DNA of 64,000 bases from contig OY760142.1 of the NCBI GenBank assembly GCA_963663225.1, positions 1,184,001-1,248,000 on the forward strand. The letters run 5' to 3'. Origin of the DNA: Nitrospirota bacterium. GTDB lineage: Bacteria > Nitrospirota > UBA9217. A program made the position numbers and the translations under genes. This document shows, in pieces, positions 18,969-33,200 of the stretch (the stretch's first letter is position 1; each line of letters opens with the position of its first letter). The notes beneath the pieces were generated by a model that did not search any database, was not told the origin of the DNA, and saw only the letters and a program-made list of their open reading frames with translations.

Positions 18969-19475
18969 TTAATTATACTTGTTCAGCACTTCTTTAACTT
19001 TTGCTGGTTTCAAGCGTCCGTGAACATTGTCATTAACAAAAATCACCGGCCCCAACCCGCAGGCGCCGATGCAACGAACCGTCTCCAACGTAAAACGCCT
19101 GTCTTCGGTCGTCTCACCCTCTTCTACCTTCAGTTCCTGCTTCAGGTTCTCATACAGGGCCTTGCCACCGCGGACGTAGCAGGCCGTGCCCAGACATACC
19201 CGCACGGTATACTTGCCGCGCGGGCTCATGGTAAAGAACGAATAAAACGTCACCACGCCGTACACCTGGCTCAGGGGGAGATTAAGACCGTTTGCAATTA
19301 TTTTCAGAATAGGCATCGGCAGAAATTCCAGAACCATCTGTGTTTCTTCTAAAACGGGTATCAATGCGCCTGGCTTGTTTTTATACTTTGCTATGATTTC
19401 ATCAACCTTTTTCAGCTGTGCGGGTGTAAATTCCTTCGATATATCAATATCAACATTCTTTACTTTGGCCTTCAT
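18969..19475 (-). CDS. hydC: NuoE-like [2Fe-2S] subunit (HydC/HndA)
   Basis: VTFYSFF, CLGTAC, CIGACGLGP. Confidence 0.93.
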   Translation of the reverse strand: MKAKVKNVDIDISKEFTPAQLKKVDEIIAKYKNKPGALIPVLEETQMVLEFLPMPILKIIANGLNLPLSQVYGVVTFYSFFTMSPRGKYTVRVCLGTACYVRGGKALYENLKQELKVEEGETTEDRRFTLETVRCIGACGLGPVIFVNDNVHGRLKPAKVKEVLNKYN

Positions 19476-19512
19476 GTACCATTTCCTCCTTAAAAGAATA
19501 CCGATTCATGTT

Positions 19513-20061
19513 TCATGCTTCGGCTTCTATTTCCTTCAGGCCCGCTTGTATATGCGCCTTGATGAAGTGCAAAACCTCTGCATGATTAATAGGGACGTTT
19601 TCAATTTCTTTTTTGATGACTCTCGTGTCTAAAAGATACTCCCGGTCATTGTGCTGATGCCGGTAAATAAATTCAACAGTGCTGTTTCCCGCTATCAGCG
19701 AGACCAGGGTGCTTGCTATATCACCAAGCGGTTGACGGTCAAGATGACTCAGTTTAAATTCTGCAGCTACCCGTGTTCCTCTGCCCTTTTGTGACTCGAG
19801 AACGACTCTTCCGCTCGCTTTTTCCGCTGCCTGTAAAAACATCGGAAGCCCAAGCCCGACATGGCGGACTGTTTTGGTTGTGAAAAACGGGTCCGTGGCT
19901 TTTTTAAGAACTGCCTCTGTCATGCCAGAGCCGTCATCTTGTATTTCCAGGGACAATGTATCTCTTGAGGTGTCTTCTCTCAAGGTTATAAAAACTGTTT
20001 TGGCACCGGCCCGGGTGGAGTTTTCCGCAATGTCCAAAATATGCAGGGAAAGCTCAAGCAC
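19513..20061 (-). CDS. Histidine-kinase-like ATPase (hydrogenase accessory)
   Basis: LHILDIAENS, DDGSGM, DPFFTTK, GLGL, HLDRQPLGD. Confidence 0.9.
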   Translation of the reverse strand: MLELSLHILDIAENSTRAGAKTVFITLREDTSRDTLSLEIQDDGSGMTEAVLKKATDPFFTTKTVRHVGLGLPMFLQAAEKASGRVVLESQKGRGTRVAAEFKLSHLDRQPLGDIASTLVSLIAGNSTVEFIYRHQHNDREYLLDTRVIKKEIENVPINHAEVLHFIKAHIQAGLKEIEAEA

Positions 20062-20064
20062 GGA

Positions 20065-20802
20065 TCACTCCTGGACGTATCGTCCGCCTTGGCGCTTAAA
20101 AGCCATCCTTACTTCTTCAAATGTTCCTTGCTCGAGAAACATGGTTGTTATGCCTTGGCCGATGTCCTGAATAAAATGTGCGTCTGAAGACTCAATAAAA
20201 GGAAACCGGCTGAGTTCTGGGTATTGTTGTCGGGCGTCTCTTAGCCCTGTCTGGTGTGTTATTTCAAGTGCATCCAAGGGCATGTCCGGATCTACGAAAC
20301 CAAGCTGGCTGATGACACTAAAAGTTTCCCGATCGATATGTGAGGCGATTGCAAGCCCGTCCAAGCGGTGAATATGATTAATAATTTCAAGCAGCGACAA
20401 TGTAGTCGCCCCGAGAAGAAATTTGTCATTAAAGCCTTCGACCTCGTCAGCCTCGTTGACGATGGCCTGGCAGCCGAATACCTCCTCTCGATTCGTACCG
20501 GAAAGATTACCATAGACAATGTCCTGGATGTTCTTCAGGCGGTTTACGGTATCAAAAAGAGCCAGCAAGTGTACTTCTTCTCTGCTGGTTATTTCCATCC
20601 CAGGAAGCACGATCAGGGGTTTTCCTGAAGCGGACTTTAATACATATGGGACATTCTCTGAAGCATTATGATCGCAAACGGCGATAATATCCAGCCTTTC
20701 AGCCAAGGCTTTAGCAACCACCGCGCGGGGGTACATATCCAATTCTGCGCAGGGTGAAAGGCATGTGTGTATATGAAAATCGCAACGGAAAGCCCTGAGC
20801 AT
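20065..20802 (-). CDS. PHP-domain phosphoesterase
   Basis: DFHIHTCLSPC, DHN, GMEI, SHID, SSDAH. Confidence 0.92.
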   Translation of the reverse strand: MLRAFRCDFHIHTCLSPCAELDMYPRAVVAKALAERLDIIAVCDHNASENVPYVLKSASGKPLIVLPGMEITSREEVHLLALFDTVNRLKNIQDIVYGNLSGTNREEVFGCQAIVNEADEVEGFNDKFLLGATTLSLLEIINHIHRLDGLAIASHIDRETFSVISQLGFVDPDMPLDALEITHQTGLRDARQQYPELSRFPFIESSDAHFIQDIGQGITTMFLEQGTFEEVRMAFKRQGGRYVQE

Positions 20803-20869
20803 ATTTATTTATGTCCGTGCGAAGAAATACGGAAAATGCTTTCTTCCGTTTACGCCATACTTGATGTTC

Positions 20870-21214
20870 TTAGGTACCACTTTTCTTCATCAAGTCGTAT
20901 ATTCTGCCGGTGATCTCAAACGCGGAGAGATCAGATATCATAATTGGAATATCTTCTTGTCTTCCCTTCTCAAGGGTATCCTTTGCCGGCTCACAACCCT
21001 GCACAAGAATAATACCAGCATGGTCTTTCAGGCTGGCAACTGCAACAATATTTTGGTGAACCTGTCTGGTAATCCAGATGTCTCCCTCACGGCTGTTTGC
21101 CATTACATCACTCAGCAAATCGCCGGTATATCCGCCCAGCACCTTTGTTTGCATCTTGTCTTCACCGGACACTATTCTAAGTCCCAAGGTCTTGACGATA
21201 GACTGCAATTCCAC
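20870..21214 (-). CDS. DRTGG-like protein
   Basis: GYTGDLLSDVM, WITRQVHQNIVAVA. Confidence 0.88.
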   Translation of the reverse strand: MELQSIVKTLGLRIVSGEDKMQTKVLGGYTGDLLSDVMANSREGDIWITRQVHQNIVAVASLKDHAGIILVQGCEPAKDTLEKGRQEDIPIMISDLSAFEITGRIYDLMKKSGT

Positions 21215-21316
21215 GTCTTTAGGCTCCTTTGTGGGAAGACAAAATAACGAGAAACCTGATTTCCGCTCAGCAGCTCGGTGCTGCCGGAGACAGCTTATCA
21301 GCTGCCCGCCTTTCTC

Positions 21317-21637
21317 TTACAGCAGCCCCGGCGGAAGACCCATGCCTGCTGTAAGATTCGCCATCTCTTCTTTCATAAGCTCCTGTGATTTACGAAGGGC
21401 TTCATTTACAGCGGCGACAACCAGGTCCTGGAGCATTTCTGTATCATTCGGATCAACCACCGAAGGGTCTATCTTAATTGAAATTATTTCCTGTCGCCCG
21501 TTGGCAACCACAGTAACCATCCCGCCGCCAGCCGACGTCTCAACGGTTTTACCCGCTGCCTCTTCCTGGATTTTTTTTACGCGCTCCTGCATCTGCTGAG
21601 CCTGTTTCATTAAGTTTCCAATAATATTTTTTGACAT
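21317..21637 (-). CDS. ybaB: YbaB/EbfC nucleoid-associated protein
   Basis: LMKQAQQMQ, AGGGMV, EMLQDLVVAAVNEA. Confidence 0.96.
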   Translation of the reverse strand: MSKNIIGNLMKQAQQMQERVKKIQEEAAGKTVETSAGGGMVTVVANGRQEIISIKIDPSVVDPNDTEMLQDLVVAAVNEALRKSQELMKEEMANLTAGMGLPPGLL

Positions 21638-21706
21638 TGTAAGCCGTTCTGCTATATTTTAGATTATTAGAATATTCTAAATCGTAACTATAGAACAAAT
21701 CGTGTT

Positions 21707-21735
21707 ATTATAAAACAAGTCCCTTTATTTTGCAA
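21707..21735 (-). promoter_or_regulatory. Sigma70 promoter for ybaB-hyd-recR
   Basis: TTGCAA-17bp-TATAAT; perfect palindrome TTAGAATATTCTAA at 21667-21680 downstream. Confidence 0.65.
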
Positions 21736-21781
21736 GTTAATTTGCGTTTATAATGGTTACTACTTTTCATTTTGCTATGTG

Positions 21782-21798
21782 AGCAAGGATTGTGCCAG
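21782..21798 (-). promoter_or_regulatory. Sigma54 (-24/-12) promoter
   Basis: CTGGCAC-AATCC-TTGCT matches TGGCAC-N5-TTGC. Confidence 0.75.
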
Positions 21799-22052
21799 AC
21801 TTTTTTCAAAACCAATTCCTCTTGTATTACATACTATTTGTGTTATTATTCAGCTGCAAGCAATATAACAAAACTTATGATTCTCAATCACAAATATGGA
21901 TTTTGCTTGATTTTCATCACGATTGAAGCTGTATAACTAAGATTATGATCTATAATAGAGCTTATTAGAAATTGCGGTTTGGCTGGATAATAGAGGGTGA
22001 GGCGATCACGGTGAGAAAGAAATCATTGTCCGGAGCAGGATTTGGCCGCGTT

Positions 22053-23684
22053 TTACAGGTCCGGTTCATCCGATTGGCTCTGCTCAACTACTTTTCCTTG
22101 CGTAAACACCTGCAATACATCCTGCACAGCTGAATCGAGAACCTCTTTTTTTGCGGTGGTTTTCGTCTTTATTTCAGGATTCGCACTGGGGGTGACCGCT
22201 TGGTTTATGACTTGAATTTTTTTATTAAGAACTTCTTCCGCTACCTGCTCAATATAGCGCCGGTTCTCAGGTTTCTCTGCTTGATCGAGTTGGAAGCTTC
22301 CGGGAATACCGATCACTAATTTCGTATCGGAAATTTCAACCAGTTTGCTCTGTGCAAGAAGCGAAGCAAGATTTGGTTTCTTTTCTTTTATAATACGAAC
22401 AATTTTATTCCATACATCGTCTTGTGCAGAAGCAGTTTCTGCAGATGGCTCAGGAGAGGTGTTCTGATTTTTTTGAAAAGTCGTGTGGGGTTTTTGCCCA
22501 TAGCTGTGGTTTGGCATAGTTGCCGGACGGTCGCAAGCAGCAATATGCATTTCCAGCTCTTTTATGTGCGCAAGCACTTCTGCGAGCGGTTTGAGTTGCG
22601 TGAGATTGCACGCCTTGACGAGGCCGATTTCTAGCGTAAACCGCTGATGCGGCGACCAGCGCATATCCTCAAGTGTTTTGGAAAGGCTGTCAAAAAGCAC
22701 CAGCAGACGGTCTGTTTCTACGCCTGCTCCCTGTTGTTTTATTGCTTCAATATCCACAGATGGAAGCTCAACAATCCGGCCGGGCTCTTTCGCAATCTTT
22801 ACCACCAATATATTCCGAAGATGCTCAACCAGCCCCGACAGAAGTAAACGCAGGTCCTGGCCTTGTTCCAATAACTCATCCACCAGCTTTAAAAGTCCGG
22901 CCGCATCCTGCCTAAAAAGCCCGGCCGTAATTTTTTGGAGGGTTATCTGGGCAATGGAGCCGAGCGTGGTCTGAATATCCGCATCCTGTATTTCCAGGCC
23001 GCTGAAAGACACCGTCTGGTCCAAAAGGCTCTGCGCATCACGCATGCTTCCTTCGGCAGCCCGTGCGATCAGAGAGAGCCCCTGGTCGCTTATCGTAATA
23101 TGTTCGGCATCTGCGACCTGACGGAGCCTGCCAATAAGTTCGTTTAAGGATATCCGCTTGAAGCTATACCGTTGGCAGCGTGAATGTATCGTAGCAGGTA
23201 TCTTCTGGGGCTCGGTTGTAGCAAAGATGAAAATTACGTGCGGTGGCGGTTCTTCAAGCGTCTTGAGTAACGCATTGAATGCTTCATTCGTAAGCATATG
23301 CACTTCGTCGATCACATATACTTTGTATCTGCCGCCCACCGGTGCATACTTCACGGCCTCACGCAGCTCTCTAATGTGTTCAATACCGCGATTTGAAGCA
23401 CCGTCTATCTCTATTACGTCAACGGAATTGCCGGCCGTGGTCTCAAGGCAGGAGTCGCACTTTCCGCACGGAATCGGCGTCGGTCCTTCTGCACAGTTGA
23501 GTGCTTTTGCAAGGATCCGCGCCGTAGTGGTCTTCCCCACTCCCCGAGGGCCTGAAAAAAGAAATGCGTGAGCCAATCGTTTTGAGGCAATTGCATTCTG
23601 GAGTGTGCGGGTAATATGTTCCTGACCTACTACGTCGTCAAATTTCTGTGGCCGCCATTTTCGTGCGAGAACTTGGTAACTCAT
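22053..23684 (-). CDS. dnaX: DNA polymerase III gamma/tau
   Basis: MSYQVLARKWRP, GPRGVGKT, IDEVHML, SRC. Confidence 0.97.
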   Translation of the reverse strand: MSYQVLARKWRPQKFDDVVGQEHITRTLQNAIASKRLAHAFLFSGPRGVGKTTTARILAKALNCAEGPTPIPCGKCDSCLETTAGNSVDVIEIDGASNRGIEHIRELREAVKYAPVGGRYKVYVIDEVHMLTNEAFNALLKTLEEPPPHVIFIFATTEPQKIPATIHSRCQRYSFKRISLNELIGRLRQVADAEHITISDQGLSLIARAAEGSMRDAQSLLDQTVSFSGLEIQDADIQTTLGSIAQITLQKITAGLFRQDAAGLLKLVDELLEQGQDLRLLLSGLVEHLRNILVVKIAKEPGRIVELPSVDIEAIKQQGAGVETDRLLVLFDSLSKTLEDMRWSPHQRFTLEIGLVKACNLTQLKPLAEVLAHIKELEMHIAACDRPATMPNHSYGQKPHTTFQKNQNTSPEPSAETASAQDDVWNKIVRIIKEKKPNLASLLAQSKLVEISDTKLVIGIPGSFQLDQAEKPENRRYIEQVAEEVLNKKIQVINQAVTPSANPEIKTKTTAKKEVLDSAVQDVLQVFTQGKVVEQSQSDEPDL

Positions 23685-23866
23685 GTACCCCTCAATAGTG
23701 TGTCTGTTTAAAAATAGCTGTCGAAAATGAGCGCGGAACAACTATGTTCATGGGACGCAGGCAGAGGTTCCATCAGACGGGTAGCGAGAAGAAATTTATT
23801 GCATAGTCTTCTTCTGCGTCCAGAGGTTTTTGGTCCACGGGAAGTAGCAGAATACAAAAGCTCATA

Positions 23867-23966
23867 AACCCGGGCTTCCCTGCGGCGCACTTGGAACCCG
23901 TTTACCGCTGCTTCCTTCCGGACCTGACGGGATTCACGGGACCATGGTCGCGCAGGACCCGGGCTC
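23867..23966 (-). ncRNA. ffs: Signal recognition particle RNA (small bacterial SRP)
   Basis: GTCAGGTCCGGAAGGAAGCAGC domain IV, long hairpin, upstream of dnaX. Confidence 0.95.
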
Positions 23967-24061
23967 ATGAGCGCTCTTAAAGCAATTCAAAAACCGGCAT
24001 CGGAAAGAGCCGCACCAGAGAGCACGTACGTGCTGATCTTCGATTCCGTATAAAAAATATA

Positions 24062-24149
24062 TGGCGGAGAGGGTGGGATTTGAACCCACGTTAGGTTTCC
24101 CTAAACACGCTTTCCAAGCGTGCGCCTTCAGCCGCTCGGCCACCTCTCC
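24062..24149 (-). tRNA. tRNA-Ser(GGA)
   Basis: CACGC-TT-GGA-AA-GCGTG arm, long variable arm, CCA. Confidence 0.96.
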
Positions 24150-24196
24150 GTACAACTCACTGCTTATGCGGTACTTCTCGTTATGATGCTCTATTT

Positions 24197-24287
24197 TGGC
24201 GGAGAGGGAGGGATTTGAACCCCCGGTGGAGTTACCCCCACAACAGATTTCGAGTCTGCCGCCTTCAGCCAGCTCGGCCACCTCTCC
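24197..24287 (-). tRNA. tRNA-Ser(CGA)
   Basis: GCAGA-CT-CGA-AA-TCTGT arm, long variable arm, CCA. Confidence 0.96.
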
Positions 24288-24302
24288 ATGCGTTTTGGCT
24301 TG

Positions 24303-24779
24303 TCAAACACTCAGCAGTTTTGGTTTTTCCCTTAACGACTTGAAAAACTGCTGAAGCACATCCCGGCATTCTTCTTCTAAAACGCCTGCGGTTATACTAT
24401 ATGTGTGATTCAGCATGCCGTCGCGGCCAACATCATAGACCGACCCGAGGGCACCCGCTTTTTCATCACGGCACCCGTAGACGACCCTGCTGATCCGCGC
24501 GAGCACCATGGCGCCCGCACACATAAGACACGGCTCCAGCGTCACATAAAGCGTGGCATCGGAAAGCCGCCATTTGCCGAGCCGAGCCGATGCTTCGCGG
24601 AGTGCGATGAGTTCCGCGTGTGCCGTCGGATCCTGCCAGGCTTCTCGCATATTGTGGGCAGCGGCAACAACCTGTCCGTTGACGACCACCGCTGCACCAA
24701 TGGGCATCTCAGCCGCTCGTGCCGCTTTCCGAGCCTCGGCCAATGCCAAACTCATAAATTCTTTATCGGTTCTGGGCAT
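24303..24779 (-). CDS. tadA: tRNA adenosine(34) deaminase
   Basis: DPTAHAE, TLEPCLMC. Confidence 0.96.
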   Translation of the reverse strand: MPRTDKEFMSLALAEARKAARAAEMPIGAAVVVNGQVVAAAHNMREAWQDPTAHAELIALREASARLGKWRLSDATLYVTLEPCLMCAGAMVLARISRVVYGCRDEKAGALGSVYDVGRDGMLNHTYSITAGVLEEECRDVLQQFFKSLREKPKLLSV

Positions 24780-24787
24780 TGTAAAAA

Positions 24788-24864
24788 TGGCGCGCCCAAG
24801 AGGATTCGAACCTCTGACCTACGGATTCGTAGTCCGTTGCTCTATCCAACTGAGCTATGGGCGC
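24788..24864 (-). tRNA. tRNA-Arg(ACG)
   Basis: ACGGA-CT-ACG-AA-TCCGT arm, CCA. Confidence 0.96.
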
Positions 24865-24923
24865 TTGGCAATACAGGCTGATATTTTACGCTCTCAAATT
24901 ACCCTGCGTTAACGTCCTGCCGG

Positions 24924-25430
24924 TTATTTAGACACTCCGCCCGCGAACTGGAGGCTAATCTGCTCATGCAGAAAGGGGTGAATGCCGGGATGCATCGCAA
25001 AGAGCCATCCTCTCCACTCTTTCTTTCCGTCTTCGCTCACAAGCAGTTGCACCGCAGGATTATTCGACTTGTTGGAAACGGAGGTAATTGTGCGATCATT
25101 CATGGTAAAGTCCGGCAAAAAAACCAGGACTTTGATCGTCACCTTGCGTTTTGTGTTCGGCACAGTCACGCTTGATCCAATCGGAATTGTATATTCTTGC
25201 GATGCCTGTGTTGTCTTATCTGCAATGACAAGTTTTGCAGCTGTCCACGTCGCCGCAACTTCTTTCGGAACGATGACTGCACGCTCTTTTTTTTGCAAGC
25301 CGGGCATCTCGGCGGGTATGCCCATCTGCAATGTTGAATTATATGCGGGTGACGGCTCTTCTTTTTTTTTGCAACCGGCAAGCCAGAAAATCAGCCCGCC
25401 TGCAAGAAAAACAGAAAGCAGCTTTCTCAA
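24924..25430 (-). CDS. Lipoprotein, DUF2155-like
   Basis: Lipobox LAGC; FLPDF, NNPA, GWLFAMHP. Confidence 0.75.
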   Translation of the reverse strand: MRKLLSVFLAGGLIFWLAGCKKKEEPSPAYNSTLQMGIPAEMPGLQKKERAVIVPKEVAATWTAAKLVIADKTTQASQEYTIPIGSSVTVPNTKRKVTIKVLVFLPDFTMNDRTITSVSNKSNNPAVQLLVSEDGKKEWRGWLFAMHPGIHPFLHEQISLQFAGGVSK

Positions 25431-25521
25431 GATCGCGCTTCCTCCGTTTTTACTTCAGTCCGCTATCCTTATGGTGCGTTCTTGGGGCGGCTTTCAGCCG
25501 TGCGCCTCTATGAAACTAAAA

Positions 25522-25611
25522 TGGCGGAGAGGCCGGGATTCGAACCCGGGGTGGAGTTTCCCCCACAACTGCTTAGCAGGCAGCTGCCTTCAGCCGCTCG
25601 GCCACCTCTCC
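25522..25611 (-). tRNA. tRNA-Ser(GCT)
   Basis: GCTGC-CT-GCT-AA-GCAGT arm, CCA. Confidence 0.96.
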
Positions 25612-25672
25612 GTTCCGTCCTGAACCACTGCTGTTTGAGCCGAAAAAATAGGCTCACTATTCATGTATTGTA

Positions 25673-25758
<86 letters not shown>

Positions 25759-25777
25759 GTTACAGGCTTGTGAGCTG

Positions 25778-27097
<1,320 letters not shown>

Positions 27098-27886
27098 TCA
27101 ATATTTTTTCTTGATAATCCTCGTTTCAAGCGCATGAATCTTGATTTGAATTGCTTCGCGATTAGGATACTCCGGTTCAATTTCTCGGTAAAGAGTAAGT
27201 GCTTCGCTCAGGCTGTCCTCTGCCTCAAGACATCCTGCCAGTGAAAATTTTGCTTTGAGCGCCAGCTCCTTGTCCGTATTATTCTCAAGCGATTTCCGGT
27301 AAAAAGATTTGGCCTTTTCAATATCGCCCTTCGATAAGGCCGCGGTCCCCAGCCTGAAATAGGCTAATCGCGACTGCGGTCCGTTCGGAAACGTCGTTAC
27401 CTGTTGCGTCCAGGTAGAGCGGGCATCCTCAATTTTTCCGACGCGGAACAGGCATTCCGCAAGACCGTACAGACTTTTTTCCTGCACCTCCCGATTTGAG
27501 TAGCCGACTGCTTTTTGATACTCCTCAATGGCCTGTTCGTAGTCATTGTATCCGAGTTCATAAATTTGTGCAATATACCATTGTGCGTGAGGAGCCATGT
27601 CCCGGTTTGGATATCGTTTTAAAAGCAACCGCAGCGTTTGAAGCGCCTTCTCCGTTTCTCCCAAATAGAGGAACTGCGTTACGCCGGCCCAATACAAGGC
27701 GTCATCCGCCTTAGAGCTGTTGGGGTGCTCCTTGACAAGGGTAAAATACATTGAAACCGCGGTCTGATAATCTCCGGCGTTCCACCGTTTGGTTGCCGTT
27801 TCAAATTCATTGATTGCCGCTTTATCGAAAACATCACATCCTGCCAGAATCAGCACCAGCAGGAAACCAATCAGAAGCCTTTTCAT
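27098..27886 (-). CDS. TPR-repeat lipoprotein
   Basis: Lipobox LAGC, repeated TPR helices. Confidence 0.85.
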   Translation of the reverse strand: MKRLLIGFLLVLILAGCDVFDKAAINEFETATKRWNAGDYQTAVSMYFTLVKEHPNSSKADDALYWAGVTQFLYLGETEKALQTLRLLLKRYPNRDMAPHAQWYIAQIYELGYNDYEQAIEEYQKAVGYSNREVQEKSLYGLAECLFRVGKIEDARSTWTQQVTTFPNGPQSRLAYFRLGTAALSKGDIEKAKSFYRKSLENNTDKELALKAKFSLAGCLEAEDSLSEALTLYREIEPEYPNREAIQIKIHALETRIIKKKY

Positions 27887-30375
27887 ATCTGGTTTCCATC
27901 CTTGGCGGATGGTGGTTCTTCGATATTCCTTTCCGGGGAGGCCTCTTTTTCATCGTCGCGCTCTACCACTTTAGCAAAGCTGACAACTTTATCTCCTTCA
28001 TCAATATCGAAGAGACGGACCCCCTGCGTGTTTCTTCCCTGCACGGAAATGTCCTTTGCCCGAATGCGAAGCACTTTGCCGTTCGCCGTAATGAGAAGAA
28101 TCTCATCATCCTCCGAAATCTGTGCAATACCGGTCACTCTGCCGTTTTTTTCTGTAATTTTGATGGTAATAATACCTTTCCCGCCCCGCCCCTGGCTCCG
28201 GTAGTCTTCCAGAGTGCTCCGCTTGCCATAACCGTTTTCAGTCACGGTAAGAATGGTGGAGTCGTCACGCACAATTTCCATGCCGACAACCTCATTCTTC
28301 TCGTCAAGCCGGATTCCGATCACTCCTTTGCCGGTCCGTCCGATTTCCCGAACGTCCTTCTCCGAGAATCGAATTGAAAGCCCGTCTCGGGTGCCGAGAA
28401 AAACATCGCGAGAACCGTCCGTTATTTCCGCCGCGATCAACTCATCTTCTTCTTCGAGTGTGATCGCAATAATACCCGACGGTCTCGGGTGACTGTAGGA
28501 TTCCAGTTCCGTTTTTTTGACCGTCCCGTTCTTGGTTGCCATAAGAATAAAGTGCTCCGGTGCAAATTCCCGTATGGGCAGCGCCGCGGTAACCCGTTCA
28601 TCCGGACCAATTTGAATCAGATTCACGATGGCTTTACCCTTGGCCTGCCTGCTTGCTTCCGGAATCTGGTGCACTTTAAGCCAGTACACGCGCCCTTTGT
28701 TGGTGAAGAAAAGAATATAGTTGTGCGCTGTCGCAGTGAAAAGGCGTTCAACAAAATCTTCTTCCTTTGTTTCCATGCCGATTTTGCCCTTGCCGCCCCG
28801 CTTTTGAGCACGGTATGTTGTGAGCGCGTTGCGCTTGATATAGCCTGAGTGGGAGATAGTGATCACCATCTCTTCATCCTTGATCAGGTCTTCAATATCG
28901 ATCTCTGTTGTCGCTGCAACGATTTCTGTCCGTCTTTCGTCGCCATACTCTTGCTTTATCGCGAGAAGTTCTTCTTTGATAATCTTCATGACCAGCGCGT
29001 CAGAAGAAAGAATTTCATTCAGCCGTGCAATTTCCTTCAGCGTTTCTTCATATTCGGCAATGATTTTATCGCGCTCCAGGCCGGTGAGCCGCTGCAGACG
29101 CATGTCGAGGATTGCCTGTGCCTGGATTTCTGAAAGTTTGAATTCGCGGACCAGCCCAGTCTTTGCCTCTTCGGGGCTCGCTGAAGCCTTGATGAGAGCA
29201 ATAACCGCATCAAGGTTCTCAAGCGCAATTTTCAGCCCGAGCAAAATATGGGCGCGTTCTTCGGCTTTTTTGAGATCAAATTTGGTCCTGCGCACGACGA
29301 CTTCTCGTCGGTGCTGGATGAAGTTCCCCAGAAGCCTGCGCAGATTCAGCACCCGGGGCTGGTTGTTTACCAGCGCAAGCATGATCACGCCAAAAGTAGA
29401 TTGCATGGCCGTGTGTTTGTACAGCTGATTTAAAACCACGTGCGAGATCTCGCCTTTTTTGAGATCAATGGCAATGCGCATGCCTTCCCGATCAGACTCG
29501 TCTCGGACTTCTGCTATGCCCATGATTTTCTTTTCCTGGACAAGTTCGGCAATTCGTTCGAGCAGCCGCGCTTTATTTACCTGGTACGGCAGTTCTGTTA
29601 CGATAATGCTTTCACGATCGCCCTTGCCTTCTTCAATCGTCGCGCGGGCGCGCATCTGAATGATACCGCGGCCGGTCATATATGCCTGTCGAAGGCCCTC
29701 GTATCCGTGGATAAAGCCTGCTGTCGGAAAGTCAGGACCCTTAATGGCACTCATAAGCTCCGGGATCGTAACATCGGGATTGTCGATCATCATCAAAAGA
29801 CCGTCAACAACTTCTGACAGGTTGTGCGGAGGAATGTTCGTTGCCATGCCGACGGCGATTCCGGCAGAACCATTAATTAAAAGATTCGGAACCCGTGCCG
29901 GCAACACGGTTGGTTCAGTGGTGGTATCATCAAAATTCGGCACAAAATCAACGGTTTCTTTGTCGATATCCGCCAAAAGTTCTTCCGCAAGTTTCGTAAG
30001 ACGCGCTTCCGTATACCGGTACGCTGCGGCAGGATCGCCGTCCACGGACCCGAAATTACCCTGGCCGTCCACCAGCGGATAGCGCATATTAAAATCCTGC
30101 GCCATTCTGACCATCGTATCGTAGACCGCACTATCTCCGTGCGGATGATATTTCTTCAGAACTTCTCCGACGACGCCTGCGCTTTTTGAATATTTTTTGT
30201 TGTGTAGAATCCCTTCTCGAAACATCGCGTAGAGAATTCTGCGGTGCGCTGGCTTTAGTCCGTCACGAACGTCGGGAAGAGCGCGTCCCACAATTACACT
30301 CATGGAGTAATCGAGATACGCGGTCTTCATTTCCTGTTCAATATTTACCAGAGATTTTATTTCCTGCTGTTCCAT
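27883..30375 (-). CDS. gyrA: DNA gyrase subunit A
   Basis: [14 protein letters not shown], GyrA box QKRGGKG. Confidence 0.98.
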   Translation of the reverse strand: MEQQEIKSLVNIEQEMKTAYLDYSMSVIVGRALPDVRDGLKPAHRRILYAMFREGILHNKKYSKSAGVVGEVLKKYHPHGDSAVYDTMVRMAQDFNMRYPLVDGQGNFGSVDGDPAAAYRYTEARLTKLAEELLADIDKETVDFVPNFDDTTTEPTVLPARVPNLLINGSAGIAVGMATNIPPHNLSEVVDGLLMMIDNPDVTIPELMSAIKGPDFPTAGFIHGYEGLRQAYMTGRGIIQMRARATIEEGKGDRESIIVTELPYQVNKARLLERIAELVQEKKIMGIAEVRDESDREGMRIAIDLKKGEISHVVLNQLYKHTAMQSTFGVIMLALVNNQPRVLNLRRLLGNFIQHRREVVVRRTKFDLKKAEERAHILLGLKIALENLDAVIALIKASASPEEAKTGLVREFKLSEIQAQAILDMRLQRLTGLERDKIIAEYEETLKEIARLNEILSSDALVMKIIKEELLAIKQEYGDERRTEIVAATTEIDIEDLIKDEEMVITISHSGYIKRNALTTYRAQKRGGKGKIGMETKEEDFVERLFTATAHNYILFFTNKGRVYWLKVHQIPEASRQAKGKAIVNLIQIGPDERVTAALPIREFAPEHFILMATKNGTVKKTELESYSHPRPSGIIAITLEEEDELIAAEITDGSRDVFLGTRDGLSIRFSEKDVREIGRTGKGVIGIRLDEKNEVVGMEIVRDDSTILTVTENGYGKRSTLEDYRSQGRGGKGIITIKITEKNGRVTGIAQISEDDEILLITANGKVLRIRAKDISVQGRNTQGVRLFDIDEGDKVVSFAKVVERDDEKEASPERNIEEPPSAKDGNQI

Positions 30376-30535
30376 GAATAGTATCTTCTCTCTTGTTGTT
30401 CAGCCGTTTTGTGAAGGCCCTCGGCTGCGCCCCTTCCGGCAGGAGCCGGAAGCTTCCTTAACAAATGCGGTCTCCCGCGACGTACTGCATTCCTCCTCCG
30501 GCGAACGGCTTGGTTTTCATGCCGCCGGGACAGCC

Positions 30536-32992
<2,457 letters not shown>

Positions 32993-33200
32993 TTACCCCA
33001 GAAACACCGGAATATGAATGTGTTTCCCGCGCCGCAGGCATAACAAAGCTGGAGTGTCTGCTCTGCGATAAGGTGCGACACCTTCGCACGGTTTCTGCAA
33101 AGTAAAGAGAATGCTTATCTTCACTGCAGCTGCTTGCAAGGCCAAAACCTTGAAGTCTTCCAGCCTGAGCGTTCTGCATTCGTCTTTATGCTGTTTTATC

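Noticed and set aside
22140-22155. A-run resembling the dnaX -1 frameshift site
   Set aside because: Only ~30 codons from the C-terminus and no clear stimulatory hairpin
23708-24281. ORFs 23708-23968 and 23934-24281
   Set aside because: They run over ffs and tRNA-Ser genes
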